Positions 15,626-24,968 are shown, counted from the stretch's first letter. The stretch: 36,138 nucleotides of DNA from Candidatus Aenigmatarchaeota archaeon (GCA_038999215.1 JAWABM010000006.1:1-36138), one strand, 5' to 3'. A program made the numbers and translations. Notes: generated by a model from the sequence alone, not told the origin.

Positions 15626-15988
15626 TTACAAGCCAGAACAAACCGTCTTGCCGGCCGCCTGGTTGCAGGCGAGCTTCAGGTTGGAACAATCAAGCTTGTC
15701 GGCATGATAGCGGTTATGGATGTTGCACAGGTTCCCAATGTACCATTCCACCTGCGGCAGGCTGTTGTCCGCAGACGTGTCGCAGTTCCACTTCGCCCAG
15801 TAATTGCAGTGCTCTATCATCACGTCCTTGGCCGAGGCGCACTTGTAGCCCGGTCGTGCCACTTCGCAGCCCTGCTTGTCGGTGTAGACCGGTATCGAGA
15901 CCAGAATTACGAATATTACCAAGGCTGCTATCGCAGCGATATCGAACCTTGACAGCCTAGGCATCTTCATGTTTGCCATGACAATCAT
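15626..15988 (-). CDS. membrane-anchored or secreted Cys-rich hypothetical protein
   Basis: N-terminal hydrophobic helix followed by about 85 aa containing 8 Cys. Confidence 0.75.
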   Translation of the reverse strand: MIVMANMKMPRLSRFDIAAIAALVIFVILVSIPVYTDKQGCEVARPGYKCASAKDVMIEHCNYWAKWNCDTSADNSLPQVEWYIGNLCNIHNRYHADKLDCSNLKLACNQAAGKTVCSGL

Positions 15989-16003
15989 CTGGCATTCAAG
16001 CTT

Positions 16004-17182
16004 TTAAACGTTTTCCACAGCCTTTCTCATGGCGGCAGCGCCAGCGCGGGTGCCGCCTGGATAACCGTGCACTCCTCCGCCGGCCTGTATTATGATGTCC
16101 TTGCCGAGCATATTCACGAGCGGCCTTACCAAGCCGGGATGCAGCCCGCCCGAGCAAACGGCGAAGACCGGCTTTACCCTCCCCCACTTCTCCGCCATCA
16201 TATGCTTCCCTGACTTGACGAACTGGCTTTCCATGTCCTCGACTATGCTTATCAAATCGGCCTTGCCGCCCTCCATCTTGCCGACTGCGGTCCCGACGTG
16301 GAGCTGATCGACGCCGACGAGCCTCGCCGCCTCCGCTAGCACGCGCATGGAAACGCCGTGCTTTGGGTTGCGCGTGAGGGCGGCGTGCATGGCCCTGTGG
16401 CCATGGAGCACGAGCTTGAGCTTTTGCATCTCTTCCCTCAGAGTCTGCAGGCCTGACCAGCCTACTGTAAGGATGTCAACCATGGCATAGTCGTTGCCGT
16501 GGTCCCTCAGGAATTTCGCTCTCTTCAGCATCTCCCTTGTCTCGGCAGTGACGTTGCATATGTAGACCTTTCGTTCACCTGTCTCGCGCTCGGCGCGCTC
16601 CTTCATCCTGATGGTCTCGATTGCCCTCGCGTAGAAATTATTGAAAGTCTGCGAAGAAAGGTTCTCATCATCCTTTACCATATCAATGCCGCCGACCCAT
16701 GCCTCGTACGCGACCTTGGCATGCTCCTTCGGGTCCAGTCCGAGCTTTGGCTTGATTATCGTGCCGACGAGCGGCCTCTTTGGCACGCGAAGCAGCTTCC
16801 TCACGCCCGGCACGCCATACTGCGGCCCCCTGAAGGAATCCATTATCTTCTTGGGCCAGCGCACGTCGATGAGGCGCAGGTTCTCGACCTCCTTCATGCC
16901 GAAGACGTTCCCTGCAATCGATGAGAATATCTGCGGCATGTTGCCAGGCTCGAAGAGCTCCTTCGGATAAGCAACCTTGAAATAGTTGCCCTTGACGCTG
17001 AATACCTTGGCGCCCATCCTCCTTATCCTCGGCGTCATTGTCGCTACTTCCTTCCATGTCCCCACGGAGGACTCGGCGGCAACGGCTTCCCTTGCCTGGT
17101 CGGTCGCTGGCTCTATCCTGAAGGTGCAGACCAGATCGTCCTTTGGCTTGTATCCGAGATGAACATAACCCTCGTAAACCAT
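16004..17182 (-). CDS. rbcL: RuBisCO large subunit, form III
   Basis: Motifs AAESSVGTW, GTIIKPKLGL, KDDENL, HRAMH, GTAVGKMEG, SGG and QAGGG. The start MVYEG overlaps the upstream stop (TGATG). Confidence 0.95.
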   Translation of the reverse strand: MVYEGYVHLGYKPKDDLVCTFRIEPATDQAREAVAAESSVGTWKEVATMTPRIRRMGAKVFSVKGNYFKVAYPKELFEPGNMPQIFSSIAGNVFGMKEVENLRLIDVRWPKKIMDSFRGPQYGVPGVRKLLRVPKRPLVGTIIKPKLGLDPKEHAKVAYEAWVGGIDMVKDDENLSSQTFNNFYARAIETIRMKERAERETGERKVYICNVTAETREMLKRAKFLRDHGNDYAMVDILTVGWSGLQTLREEMQKLKLVLHGHRAMHAALTRNPKHGVSMRVLAEAARLVGVDQLHVGTAVGKMEGGKADLISIVEDMESQFVKSGKHMMAEKWGRVKPVFAVCSGGLHPGLVRPLVNMLGKDIIIQAGGGVHGYPGGTRAGAAAMRKAVENV

Positions 17183-17991
17183 CACAACAACCTCATCAGA
17201 TTGCCCGGCGTCATGACGCCCTTCTCCGTGATTACGCGCGAAACGAGCTTCCACGGCGTGATGTCGAACGCCGGATTCAATATCTTCACGCCCTTCAGCG
17301 AATGATATATCTCGTTCGCAGGCCGCATCTCTATCCTGATTTTCCTGCGCCTGTCGAGCTTGAGCGTCGAAGCAGCGACATAATAAGGCTTCCCGAACTC
17401 GCGGGCGGCAAGAGCCAGATTGAACGAACCTATCTTGTTGACATTGCCTTCGCGGCGCATGGCATCGCTGCCCAGCAGAACGTAATCGACCTGCGGCATG
17501 AAATAGGAGACGGCGTTATCGGCTATCAGCGTCACCGGCATCTTCGCCTCGGCGAGCTCGGTGGCGGTCTTTATTCCTTGGTGCTTCGGCTCGGTCTCCG
17601 TTGCGATGACGGAGATCTTCTTTCCAGAGGCGGATGCGTGCTTGAGAACGGCCACTGCGACGCCAGAGTGGCAGTGCGTCATTATGACGTCACCTGACTT
17701 GATGAACTTGGCATTGACAGCTATCTTCTTTGTCGAGGACCTTATATTTGCCAGCAGACTTTCTATTGTTTCGCCTGAAGGCTCCCTTTTCAGCTCCTCC
17801 ACGCAGTTGTGCAGCACCACTGCTGTGGGCCGCGCCTCCTCCAGCTTCTGCATCGCTTCAAAGAATTCCTTGCCGTATCCGTATTCGCTGCCATAGCTCC
17901 GCAGGAACTTCAGGCTCTCCACGGCTATTTCCTGGGCGCCCTGTATACCAAGGCCCCTTATCTTCGCCACCATCTCGCGGAGCTCGGGCAT
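17182..17991 (-). CDS. ribose-1,5-bisphosphate isomerase (eIF2B family)
   Basis: Motifs IQGA, RPTAV, THCHS, GSD, NKIGS and NPAFDITP. Lies directly upstream of RuBisCO. Confidence 0.9.
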   Translation of the reverse strand: MPELREMVAKIRGLGIQGAQEIAVESLKFLRSYGSEYGYGKEFFEAMQKLEEARPTAVVLHNCVEELKREPSGETIESLLANIRSSTKKIAVNAKFIKSGDVIMTHCHSGVAVAVLKHASASGKKISVIATETEPKHQGIKTATELAEAKMPVTLIADNAVSYFMPQVDYVLLGSDAMRREGNVNKIGSFNLALAAREFGKPYYVAASTLKLDRRRKIRIEMRPANEIYHSLKGVKILNPAFDITPWKLVSRVITEKGVMTPGNLMRLL

Positions 17992-18024
17992 AGATTAATC
18001 TTGTTCCAGCCTTAAAATAAAGTT

Positions 18025-18666
18025 ATGGATTGGCGCTCGCAGCAGGAAGACATGATAAGGCTGATGAAGGAAAGGGGCGCGATAAAATCAAAAGCCATAG
18101 AGAAGGCGATAAGGGAAGCGCCGCGGCACCTCTTCGTTCCGAAAGAGCAGGAGGGCAAGGCTTACGAGGATGTGCCACTGCCCATAGGCGAGGGTCAGAC
18201 AATATCTCAGCCAAGCACCGTCGCCCTCATGACCTGGATGCTTGACGTCAGGGAAGGCGACAAAGTGCTTGAAATAGGAAGCGGAAGCGGCTGGCAGGCG
18301 GCGATACTCTCCAATCTCGGCGCGAAGGTGTGGACAATCGAGAGAATCGGAGAACTGGCCACTATGGCGGAGAAGAACCTGAAAAAGGCAGGCATAAGGA
18401 ACGTGGAGGTCATTGAAGGCGACGGCTCGCTGGGCCTGAAGGAGCACGCGCCATATGACAGGATAATCGTAACCTGCGCCTGCCCAGAAGTGCCGAAAGC
18501 CCTTGTCGACCAGCTGAAGACAGGCGGAAAGATGGTAATCCCTGTGGGCGGAAGGGACATGCAGACCATGCTTATAATAAGGAAGACCGCAAAAGGAATA
18601 GAGAGGAGGGACATGGGGAACTTTATATTCGTCCCCTTAATAGGCAAGTACGGTTTCAAGAGGTGA
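18025..18666 (+). CDS. pcm: protein-L-isoaspartate O-methyltransferase
   Basis: Motifs PRHLFVP, GQTISQP, VLEIGSGSGW, APYDRIIVT and FVPLIG. Confidence 0.95.
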   Translation: MDWRSQQEDMIRLMKERGAIKSKAIEKAIREAPRHLFVPKEQEGKAYEDVPLPIGEGQTISQPSTVALMTWMLDVREGDKVLEIGSGSGWQAAILSNLGAKVWTIERIGELATMAEKNLKKAGIRNVEVIEGDGSLGLKEHAPYDRIIVTCACPEVPKALVDQLKTGGKMVIPVGGRDMQTMLIIRKTAKGIERRDMGNFIFVPLIGKYGFKR

Positions 18667-18670
18667 CAAC

Positions 18671-18919
18671 ATGGGAAACATAGCGATAAACGTTATAAAG
18701 AGGGACAAATCAGTCGAGCCTTTCAGCCTGGCCAAGATTTCGAACAGCTGCATGAGGGCAGGCGCGAAGGCGGACGTGGCGAAGGAGATAGCGGAACTCG
18801 TAAGCAGGGAGGCGTACCAGGACATACCCACGCACGAGCTGAGGAAGATGGTGCACAAGGAACTGGCAAAAAGGGACCCTGCCGCCGCGGAGAAATACAT
18901 AAAATACAGGAAGAAGTGA
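18671..18919 (+). CDS. stand-alone ATP-cone domain protein
   Basis: VIKRD...EPF...KI and I.T.EL...V...L pattern. SD GAGGTGA upstream. Confidence 0.85.
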   Translation: MGNIAINVIKRDKSVEPFSLAKISNSCMRAGAKADVAKEIAELVSREAYQDIPTHELRKMVHKELAKRDPAAAEKYIKYRKK

Positions 18920-19999
18920 TCAGGGCTTCCCCATTACTATGGCGCTCTCACGGACCAGCCCGACTTTCACTGTCTTCTGCCTTGTGCACCAGCTCCGCCT
19001 TGCGATGAGCACGTCGCTTACGGAGAAGCCGCTTTTTTCGGCCAATTCGGCCAGCCTGCTGTCGACCTCGACCGCCCTGTCGGGAAAGCACCCGCCGCCT
19101 ATCACGACCGCAAGCCTGGCTCCCGGCCTGCATACCCTGAACAGTTCGCCGAGGACCTCAGCCATGTCCTCGAAGTAAGCCCTCTCAGGATCATCGCCTT
19201 CGCCCACGTAGGAACGCAGCTTGGTCTCGGGCATGTCGAAGAACAGGGAGAACTCCGTCCTGTAGATGCTGGTGTACTCTATCTTGTTCAAGTAGGGCGG
19301 GGATGTAATGACATAATCGATGCTGCCATCGGCCAAATCGAGCCTTCTGGCATCGCCCATGACGACATCCGCCTGGACGTCCGGCATAGGATTTTTTCTC
19401 AGGTCAGCAAGCATCCTCCTTATCTTGTACTTGAACATTTTGCCCACCGGGGCCACGGGCCTCTTCATTATCTTTACCAGAGCGCCGTCCTTGTAGGCAA
19501 ACGAACCCTTCATCGCAGAATCTATCAAGGCAAGGGAGAGGAAGTCCCTTTCCGCTTCGTCCGCCAACTCGAGTATCTTTTTCCTATAGAAAATTATGTC
19601 CTCGAGCGCCCATTTGGAAAAGGCCTTCCTCAGCCACTTTTCATTCGGTATGCTCTCCGGTTTCCTGAACCTCCATTTCAGGGCGTCCTTCACCGCGGCA
19701 TCGAGCTTTTCCATATCATAGTCCCTTGTTTTTACGCGGGAGACCAATACTGTGAGCGGTGAAACATCGAAACCGACCGACCTTACGCCCGCCTGCTTGC
19801 AGGCCAGGAGCGTGGTACCGACGCCGCAGAAAGGGTCGAGCACGAGCGCTCCCTTGGGAACGGCGAAGCGGCTGAGGAAAAAATCCACAAGCCCCTTCGA
19901 ATAGCCCTCCTTGTAATAATACCAGTTGTGAATGGGCTCGCGCTTGTTCGGAACGAACGTGACGAGCTCCCTGAGCTCGGGCGCCTCCACGAGGTTCAT
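18920..19999 (-). CDS. DNA methyltransferase (N4-cytosine-like, orphan)
   Basis: H.WY.YKEGYS, motif I LDPFCGVGTT and motif IV TSPPY. Shares an ATGA overlap with the fen stop. Confidence 0.82.
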   Translation of the reverse strand: MNLVEAPELRELVTFVPNKREPIHNWYYYKEGYSKGLVDFFLSRFAVPKGALVLDPFCGVGTTLLACKQAGVRSVGFDVSPLTVLVSRVKTRDYDMEKLDAAVKDALKWRFRKPESIPNEKWLRKAFSKWALEDIIFYRKKILELADEAERDFLSLALIDSAMKGSFAYKDGALVKIMKRPVAPVGKMFKYKIRRMLADLRKNPMPDVQADVVMGDARRLDLADGSIDYVITSPPYLNKIEYTSIYRTEFSLFFDMPETKLRSYVGEGDDPERAYFEDMAEVLGELFRVCRPGARLAVVIGGGCFPDRAVEVDSRLAELAEKSGFSVSDVLIARRSWCTRQKTVKVGLVRESAIVMGKP

Positions 20000-21024
20000 T
20001 TCAACCACTTGCCGAGCGACCCTGCTGCCGGCTTCTTTTCCGCCAGCTTTCTGACGGCCTTCTCTATGCGCTCGCGGGAGAATTCGAACTCGTCGACCAG
20101 CATGCTTATGACCTTGTCAGGCTTCATCAGCGGCGTCCTTATCTCGACCTTTTCGGAGGGCGGATTCAAAAAATAATCCATCACGCTGGCCGGGTCGGGC
20201 CCTTCCCACGGGCCTTTCTCGACCGCTTTCGCGATTATCCTGTCAAGCTTCTTCTCCTCCAGCACTATCTTCAGCGCGGTCTTCGGGCCTATGCCGTGCA
20301 CGCCAGGATTATAGTCTGTGCCCACGAGGAGCGAGAGAGCGATAAGCTGCTCCCTGCTAATGCCAAGCCCCTGCAAGACCTTGCTCAGCTCGAGCATTTC
20401 CGGGCTCACATCAACGTAAGCGCCCGTCTTCGGTATCCTCTTTTTGCCAGAGATGGAAAGGTTGCGCACCAGCCTCGGCGAACCAAAAAGGAGCGAGTCC
20501 CAGTCCTGGCTCGCTGTCGCATAGACGAGCTTCTCTCTGCACATGAAGGCGCATTGAGCCTCACCTTCGCCCAGCGCCTGCACGCACTGGATTCCCATGC
20601 AGTCAAGGAGCCTCTTTGACTGCTCAATCATCTCGCCAGTGAGGCGCGCGGTCATCTTGGCGGCCTTGACAGCGTCCTCCTTCCTGCCTTCGGACATGGC
20701 CTCCTTCCACCGCCTTTCCGCCTCGCTCTTTATCGCCGACCTCTCGGCAACGGTCGCCTCCTTGAAGCGCGGCCGCTGGCCGTCGAAGACGTAGATTGGC
20801 TTTATCCCTGCCTCAACGAGCCTGGCAGTCCTGTAGAAAAGGCCGGACAGATGGGACGTGACTCTGCCCTTCGAGTCCATCAGGGGCTGGCCCGTCTCCT
20901 TGTCCCTTATGATGGAAAGGAACTGATATAGCGTGTTGAAGGCATCAATTGCTATGAATTTGCCGTGAAGCCTATCGAGCTCTATCGTTTCCCCCTTTAT
21001 GAGCGAGCCTAGCTGGACTCCCAT
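19996..21024 (-). CDS. fen: flap endonuclease 1
   Basis: Motifs MGV, IDAFNTLYQFLSIIR, TSHLSG, EGEAQ, SQDWDSLLFG and GTDYN.GV.GIGPK, with a C-terminal PIP-like SLGKW. Confidence 0.96.
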   Translation of the reverse strand: MGVQLGSLIKGETIELDRLHGKFIAIDAFNTLYQFLSIIRDKETGQPLMDSKGRVTSHLSGLFYRTARLVEAGIKPIYVFDGQRPRFKEATVAERSAIKSEAERRWKEAMSEGRKEDAVKAAKMTARLTGEMIEQSKRLLDCMGIQCVQALGEGEAQCAFMCREKLVYATASQDWDSLLFGSPRLVRNLSISGKKRIPKTGAYVDVSPEMLELSKVLQGLGISREQLIALSLLVGTDYNPGVHGIGPKTALKIVLEEKKLDRIIAKAVEKGPWEGPDPASVMDYFLNPPSEKVEIRTPLMKPDKVISMLVDEFEFSRERIEKAVRKLAEKKPAAGSLGKWLK

Positions 21025-21049
21025 GGAAGAAAATTGCCGCCGCCATTAT

Positions 21050-22618
21050 TTATTTGGAATAGGTCTCCTTGTATATGGGCTCTGATTCGAGCTTCTTCTC
21101 GTCCCTCTTGTAAAAATCATCCGAGAGCTTCTTGCCAGTGGCCTTCTCCCAGTCCTCTATGCTTGAAGAGAACCGCCTCTGAACCTTGTCCCTGTACCAC
21201 TGCGGTATGACGTTGAAGGCGCAGAAAGGCACTATCGTGCCGTCAGGCTGCGAGTAATGTATGCAGCAGCGCTTGACCCTCTCGATGTCGTAGTTGTAAA
21301 GGTCCTGGAAATGCATCATCCCGAGGAAAAGCGACTTGTGCTGCAGCTCCCTGAGCGAGCCGTAATCCCTGTTCTTGAATATGTTGAAAAGTATGTTTGC
21401 CAGGTTGAGGTCCTTGGGCTGCCTCTTGCTGTCTATGAAGCTCTTGAGCTTGAACAGCATCTCGGCTCCGACAAGCAGCTTGCTCCTTCCACCCTTTATG
21501 TCGTCCGCCTTCTCGTTGAGGTACTCCATCATGCCGTCGACATCGACGAACCTGGTTATCGGCACAGGCTTGCCATTGTCCATGAAGACATATGTTGCCA
21601 TGCCGCACACCGGATGGGCCGTGAGCTCGTACCTTCCTCTTCCTGAGAGCGCCTCGATGAAGTGGGTTATAGCCGTTACAGTCGGAACAGGATACCAGTC
21701 ATCCCTCGCTATCTCTCCGTTCGTCTGCTCCTCTATCCTTTTTATGGCGTCGGGTATGGTTATCCTGAACTTCTCCCTGTCGGCCTTGGTTATCCTGCCG
21801 ACAAGAGAAACCGGTTGGAAGTTGACTCCCCTGACTATGTCCAAATTCCTTATGCCGAACCTGATTATGTCGCCGAGCTCATGGTCATTGACGCCATTTA
21901 TCACAGTCGGGACCAGCACCACGCCCATGCCGGTCTCCCTGACGTTCCTGAAAAGCCTCGGTATCTCCCAATGGTTCTTCGGGTTGGTCTTCGCAGTGAC
22001 GCCGTCGAAGCTCAGGTAGAGGGTGTTCACCCCTGCCGAACGCAGCATCTTGACCAGCTCCGGATTCTGCGACATCCTTATGCCGTTCGTGTTGAGCTGC
22101 ACGTGGTCGAAGCCCTCCTCCTTCGCTACCCTCACTATGTCCACTATGTCCTCCCTTATCGTGGGCTCGCCTCCGGTCAGCTGTATTGCGTTGGTCGCAA
22201 CCGGCCTCTCCTGCCTGAGGTTCTTGAACATGAGCCTTATCTGCGGAAGCGTGGGCTCGTAGAGGTAGCCCATGGCCTTCGCATAGAAGAAGCAGTAGAA
22301 GCAGGCAAGGTCGCAACGGTTGGTTACGACCGTGTTCGCGAGCGCCGTGTGCGACTTGTGCGCGTCGCACAGCCCGCAGTCCATCGGGCATGCCCTGAAC
22401 TCCGTGGCAGGGTTATCTATGCCCTTTCCGTCGTGGGCCCACTTCATGGCTCTCTTGTACATCTCATAATCGCCGTAGTAGAGATCGGAGAACTCGCCGT
22501 GCTCGAGGCACTTCTTCCTTATCCAGACCTTGCCGTCCCTCTCGAAGAGCTCCGCATCCAGTATCTTCAGGCATTCGGGGCAGAGGCTCCCGGTTTTCTT
22601 GATGTGATTTTCCTTCAT
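21050..22618 (-). CDS. tes: radical SAM tetraether synthase / GDGT-macrocyclic archaeol synthase (MJ0619 family)
   Basis: N-terminal SLCPEC...KKC.EHG, CP.DCGLC..H, radical SAM CDLACFYC, NFQPVS and C-terminal RCCIHY...PFC. Confidence 0.85.
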   Translation of the reverse strand: MKENHIKKTGSLCPECLKILDAELFERDGKVWIRKKCLEHGEFSDLYYGDYEMYKRAMKWAHDGKGIDNPATEFRACPMDCGLCDAHKSHTALANTVVTNRCDLACFYCFFYAKAMGYLYEPTLPQIRLMFKNLRQERPVATNAIQLTGGEPTIREDIVDIVRVAKEEGFDHVQLNTNGIRMSQNPELVKMLRSAGVNTLYLSFDGVTAKTNPKNHWEIPRLFRNVRETGMGVVLVPTVINGVNDHELGDIIRFGIRNLDIVRGVNFQPVSLVGRITKADREKFRITIPDAIKRIEEQTNGEIARDDWYPVPTVTAITHFIEALSGRGRYELTAHPVCGMATYVFMDNGKPVPITRFVDVDGMMEYLNEKADDIKGGRSKLLVGAEMLFKLKSFIDSKRQPKDLNLANILFNIFKNRDYGSLRELQHKSLFLGMMHFQDLYNYDIERVKRCCIHYSQPDGTIVPFCAFNVIPQWYRDKVQRRFSSSIEDWEKATGKKLSDDFYKRDEKKLESEPIYKETYSK

Positions 22619-22661
22619 TTCAAACCACGGCTTATAATATAGCATTAAACTACTTAAAGGT

Positions 22662-23501
22662 TCAGACAGCGTACTTGGCCTGTATCGCATGGGATATCTG
22701 CGTTTCTATCGCCGCACCGACCAGTATGAGCGCTATCGCTATGCCCAAGAGCAGCATCGCAACTCCGAGCAGCCTGTTGCTGTTCCTTGAGAAAGGCGCA
22801 TACCTCATCATCGCCGAAGCTATGAAGGCGCCAGCGACCGAGGCGTAAAAATATGCAACGACCTCAGGGACAAGGTGCAGTATGTAGTAAGCCGCGCCCA
22901 TCGAGAACCCCTGCATTATGGCGACGGGCAGGACCGTGCCAGCGGCTCTTATCTTGGCTATCAGCAGACCCATGGCAACGCCGACAACCGAGGCGTTCCA
23001 TGAGAGTATGAAGAGCGCGCCGGCTCCGAAAATGAAGCTCATTATCGTGCACAGCACGACGAGCTTGACGTTGTTCACGGCTATCGTCATGAAGACGTCA
23101 GTGGACGTAGCGGACGCAGTCGAAACGCCTATCTGCCTGAGGTTGTAGAGCTGCTCGGAGAAAAGCACCTGGGTGAGGTCCTGCGAAAGGACGCTGTACC
23201 AGAAGGCGATGCCAACAGCCATGCCTATGAAGAGGAAAAGGTAGAGCTCGGCTATATCGGCATTGGTCTCAAAAAGCTTCCTTATGGAATGCAGCCTCGC
23301 CTCCTGGACGGATTTCTTCTTCAGGATGTTGGTGAACACGTATATCGCCGGCAGGGTCATGAATGTGACCACGACCATGCTGGGCGCGTGCGCGAAGAGC
23401 GCGACCGAAATGAACACCGATATCGAGGAGATGAAAAGGCCGACCAGGAAAAGGTGCCACGGCCTCTTTATCTCCAGATTCATCAGGAAGTCCATTATCA
23501 T
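22662..23501 (-). CDS. SpoIIM/DUF95-family membrane protein
   Basis: Multiple TM segments with NN.K, WNAS.VG, H..PE..AY and GAAIE motifs. Confidence 0.75.
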   Translation of the reverse strand: MIMDFLMNLEIKRPWHLFLVGLFISSISVFISVALFAHAPSMVVVTFMTLPAIYVFTNILKKKSVQEARLHSIRKLFETNADIAELYLFLFIGMAVGIAFWYSVLSQDLTQVLFSEQLYNLRQIGVSTASATSTDVFMTIAVNNVKLVVLCTIMSFIFGAGALFILSWNASVVGVAMGLLIAKIRAAGTVLPVAIMQGFSMGAAYYILHLVPEVVAYFYASVAGAFIASAMMRYAPFSRNSNRLLGVAMLLLGIAIALILVGAAIETQISHAIQAKYAV

Positions 23502-23558
23502 GCCATCACTATAAAGATTACGGAAATCCTCTTATATAAAATTATAAAACGGCCAGTA

Positions 23559-23576
23559 CCGCACCGCACGGTGCGG
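23559..23576. repeat. perfect GC-rich inverted repeat in an intergenic gap
   Basis: CCGCACC-GCAC-GGTGCGG, just downstream of the 75-aa gene. Confidence 0.5.
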
Positions 23577-23596
23577 CGCCGCCTTTCCAAAAGCTC

Positions 23597-23824
23597 TCAG
23601 ATGCTGCCCAGCGCCTCAACGAGCTGGCTGAGTATGTCCTTGTCGGCCGGGAAGCCCAGGGCGTTCTTGAACCTCTTCTTGCCCTCCTGCGTGACAAACC
23701 CCTTCGAAATGGAGATTATTTCCGTCTCCCCTTCCTCGGTCTTTGCCTTCTTCCTTGCTATCTCAAGGAACTTGTTCGTTCCGAACTTTATCTCTTTTGC
23801 CTCAACAGTCTCGAATTCTACCAT
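23597..23824 (-). CDS. small protein, possibly PC4-like nucleic-acid binding
   Basis: 75 aa, with a beta-rich pattern followed by a C-terminal helix. Strong SD GGAGG; operonic with EF-1beta. Confidence 0.75.
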   Translation of the reverse strand: MVEFETVEAKEIKFGTNKFLEIARKKAKTEEGETEIISISKGFVTQEGKKRFKNALGFPADKDILSQLVEALGSI

Positions 23825-23848
23825 TTTTCCAACCTCCTTTTTCTTTTG

Positions 23849-24103
23849 TCATATGAGTGTTGCCGACTCAACTTCCACGTCGCCCACTCCTTCAATGCCC
23901 CTCAACAGGTCCTCTACAACCTCGGTCCCGCCCTTGGTGTCCGGCCTCACGACCATTATCTTCAGCGCCTTCAGCCCGAAGCCGAGGAGCTCTATCTTGG
24001 AGTCCTGAAGCTTGATCTTCCTGCCTATCCTCTTCCTGAGATCCTCCATGTCCACTTCCTGCGAAGCCGGCATTATCCTTATTGAAATGGCCACGTTTCC
24101 CAT
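23849..24103 (-). CDS. ef1b: translation elongation factor 1-beta
   Basis: Motifs IMP...VD, GFGLKAL, GGTE.VE and IEGV. Confidence 0.92.
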   Translation of the reverse strand: MGNVAISIRIMPASQEVDMEDLRKRIGRKIKLQDSKIELLGFGLKALKIMVVRPDTKGGTEVVEDLLRGIEGVGDVEVESATLI

Positions 24104-24267
24104 CAGGGTCCCTCAAAGCCGCATTTTGCGCATTTGTACGGCGAAGAAAGAGTCTTGCATTTCCTGCACCTTATTATCGTCATTTCCCCGCACTGCGGGC
24201 ACGGGAACTTCACGAATTCCTCCTCGCCAACCAAGTCCTTCCCGCACGTCACGCACTTCAATTTCAT
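24103..24267 (-). CDS. zinc-finger protein, DUF1610/HVO_2753 family (54 aa, absent from the ORF track)
   Basis: Hand translation MKLKCVTCGKDLVGEEEFVKFPCPQCGEMTIIRCRKCKTLSSPYKCAKCGFEGP has four CxxC motifs and a GFEGP end. It sits in the usual position upstream of EF-1beta. Confidence 0.92.
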   Translation of the reverse strand: MKLKCVTCGKDLVGEEEFVKFPCPQCGEMTIIRCRKCKTLSSPYKCAKCGFEGP

Positions 24268-24323
24268 CCTATCACGCTTGTTGATTGCTTATTTAAAAAG
24301 TTCAAGTATTTAAAGTTATATAA

Positions 24324-24397
24324 GCCCCCGTAGTTTAGCTTGGATAGAATGCGAGGTTGCGGACCTCGAAACCTGGGTTCGAATCCCAGCGGGGGCA
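24324..24397 (+). tRNA. tRNA-Arg (anticodon GCG)
   Basis: Acceptor stem GCCCCCG/CGGGGGC, anticodon arm CGAGG-TTGCGGA-CCTCG and T arm CTGGG-TTCGAAT-CCCAG. No intron; followed by a T-tract. Confidence 0.96.
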
Positions 24398-24428
24398 CCT
24401 TTTTTAATAAGCGGCGCAAAGTGATATC

Positions 24429-24968
24429 ATGGCTGACCTATGGGTCGAGTTCGTGTTCGCATGGTGGATACTGTTCCCCGCGTACGCAGCAAACCTTTTC
24501 CCGCCGTTCGCGAAGGGCAGGCTGCCAATAGACCTCGGCGCCAAGCTGGTTAGGCACAGGCTGCTCGGCGAGAGCAAGACAATGGAGGGCTTCACCCTCG
24601 GGGTGGTTGCGGGCACTGCGGTCGGGGCGCTCGAGACAGCGGTCGCGCCGCAGCTCAACATGTTTGCGGCCCAGTACGGAGTGCAGCTGCCTCACATGGA
24701 CTTTTTTGTAGGATTCATGATAGCGTTCGGCGCAATGTGCGGCGACGTCGCAGGAAGCTTCCTTAAGAGGAGGCTCGGAATGAAGAACGGCGGGAACGCT
24801 CCGCTGCTGGATCAGCTGAACTTCGTGATAGGGGCGATATTCTTCGCGTTCGCATTCACGCAGATAACCATATGGATGATAATCTTCATGCTGATAATGA
24901 CGCCGGTAATACACAGGTTGTCCTGCATAATAGGCTACAGGCTTAAAGTTAAGAAGGTGCCCTGGTGA
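24429..24968 (+). CDS. carS: CDP-archaeol synthase
   Basis: Motifs PAYAAN, PID, LG.SKT.EG, GD..GSFLKRRLG, PLLDQL and C-terminal K.VPW. Confidence 0.93.
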   Translation: MADLWVEFVFAWWILFPAYAANLFPPFAKGRLPIDLGAKLVRHRLLGESKTMEGFTLGVVAGTAVGALETAVAPQLNMFAAQYGVQLPHMDFFVGFMIAFGAMCGDVAGSFLKRRLGMKNGGNAPLLDQLNFVIGAIFFAFAFTQITIWMIIFMLIMTPVIHRLSCIIGYRLKVKKVPW

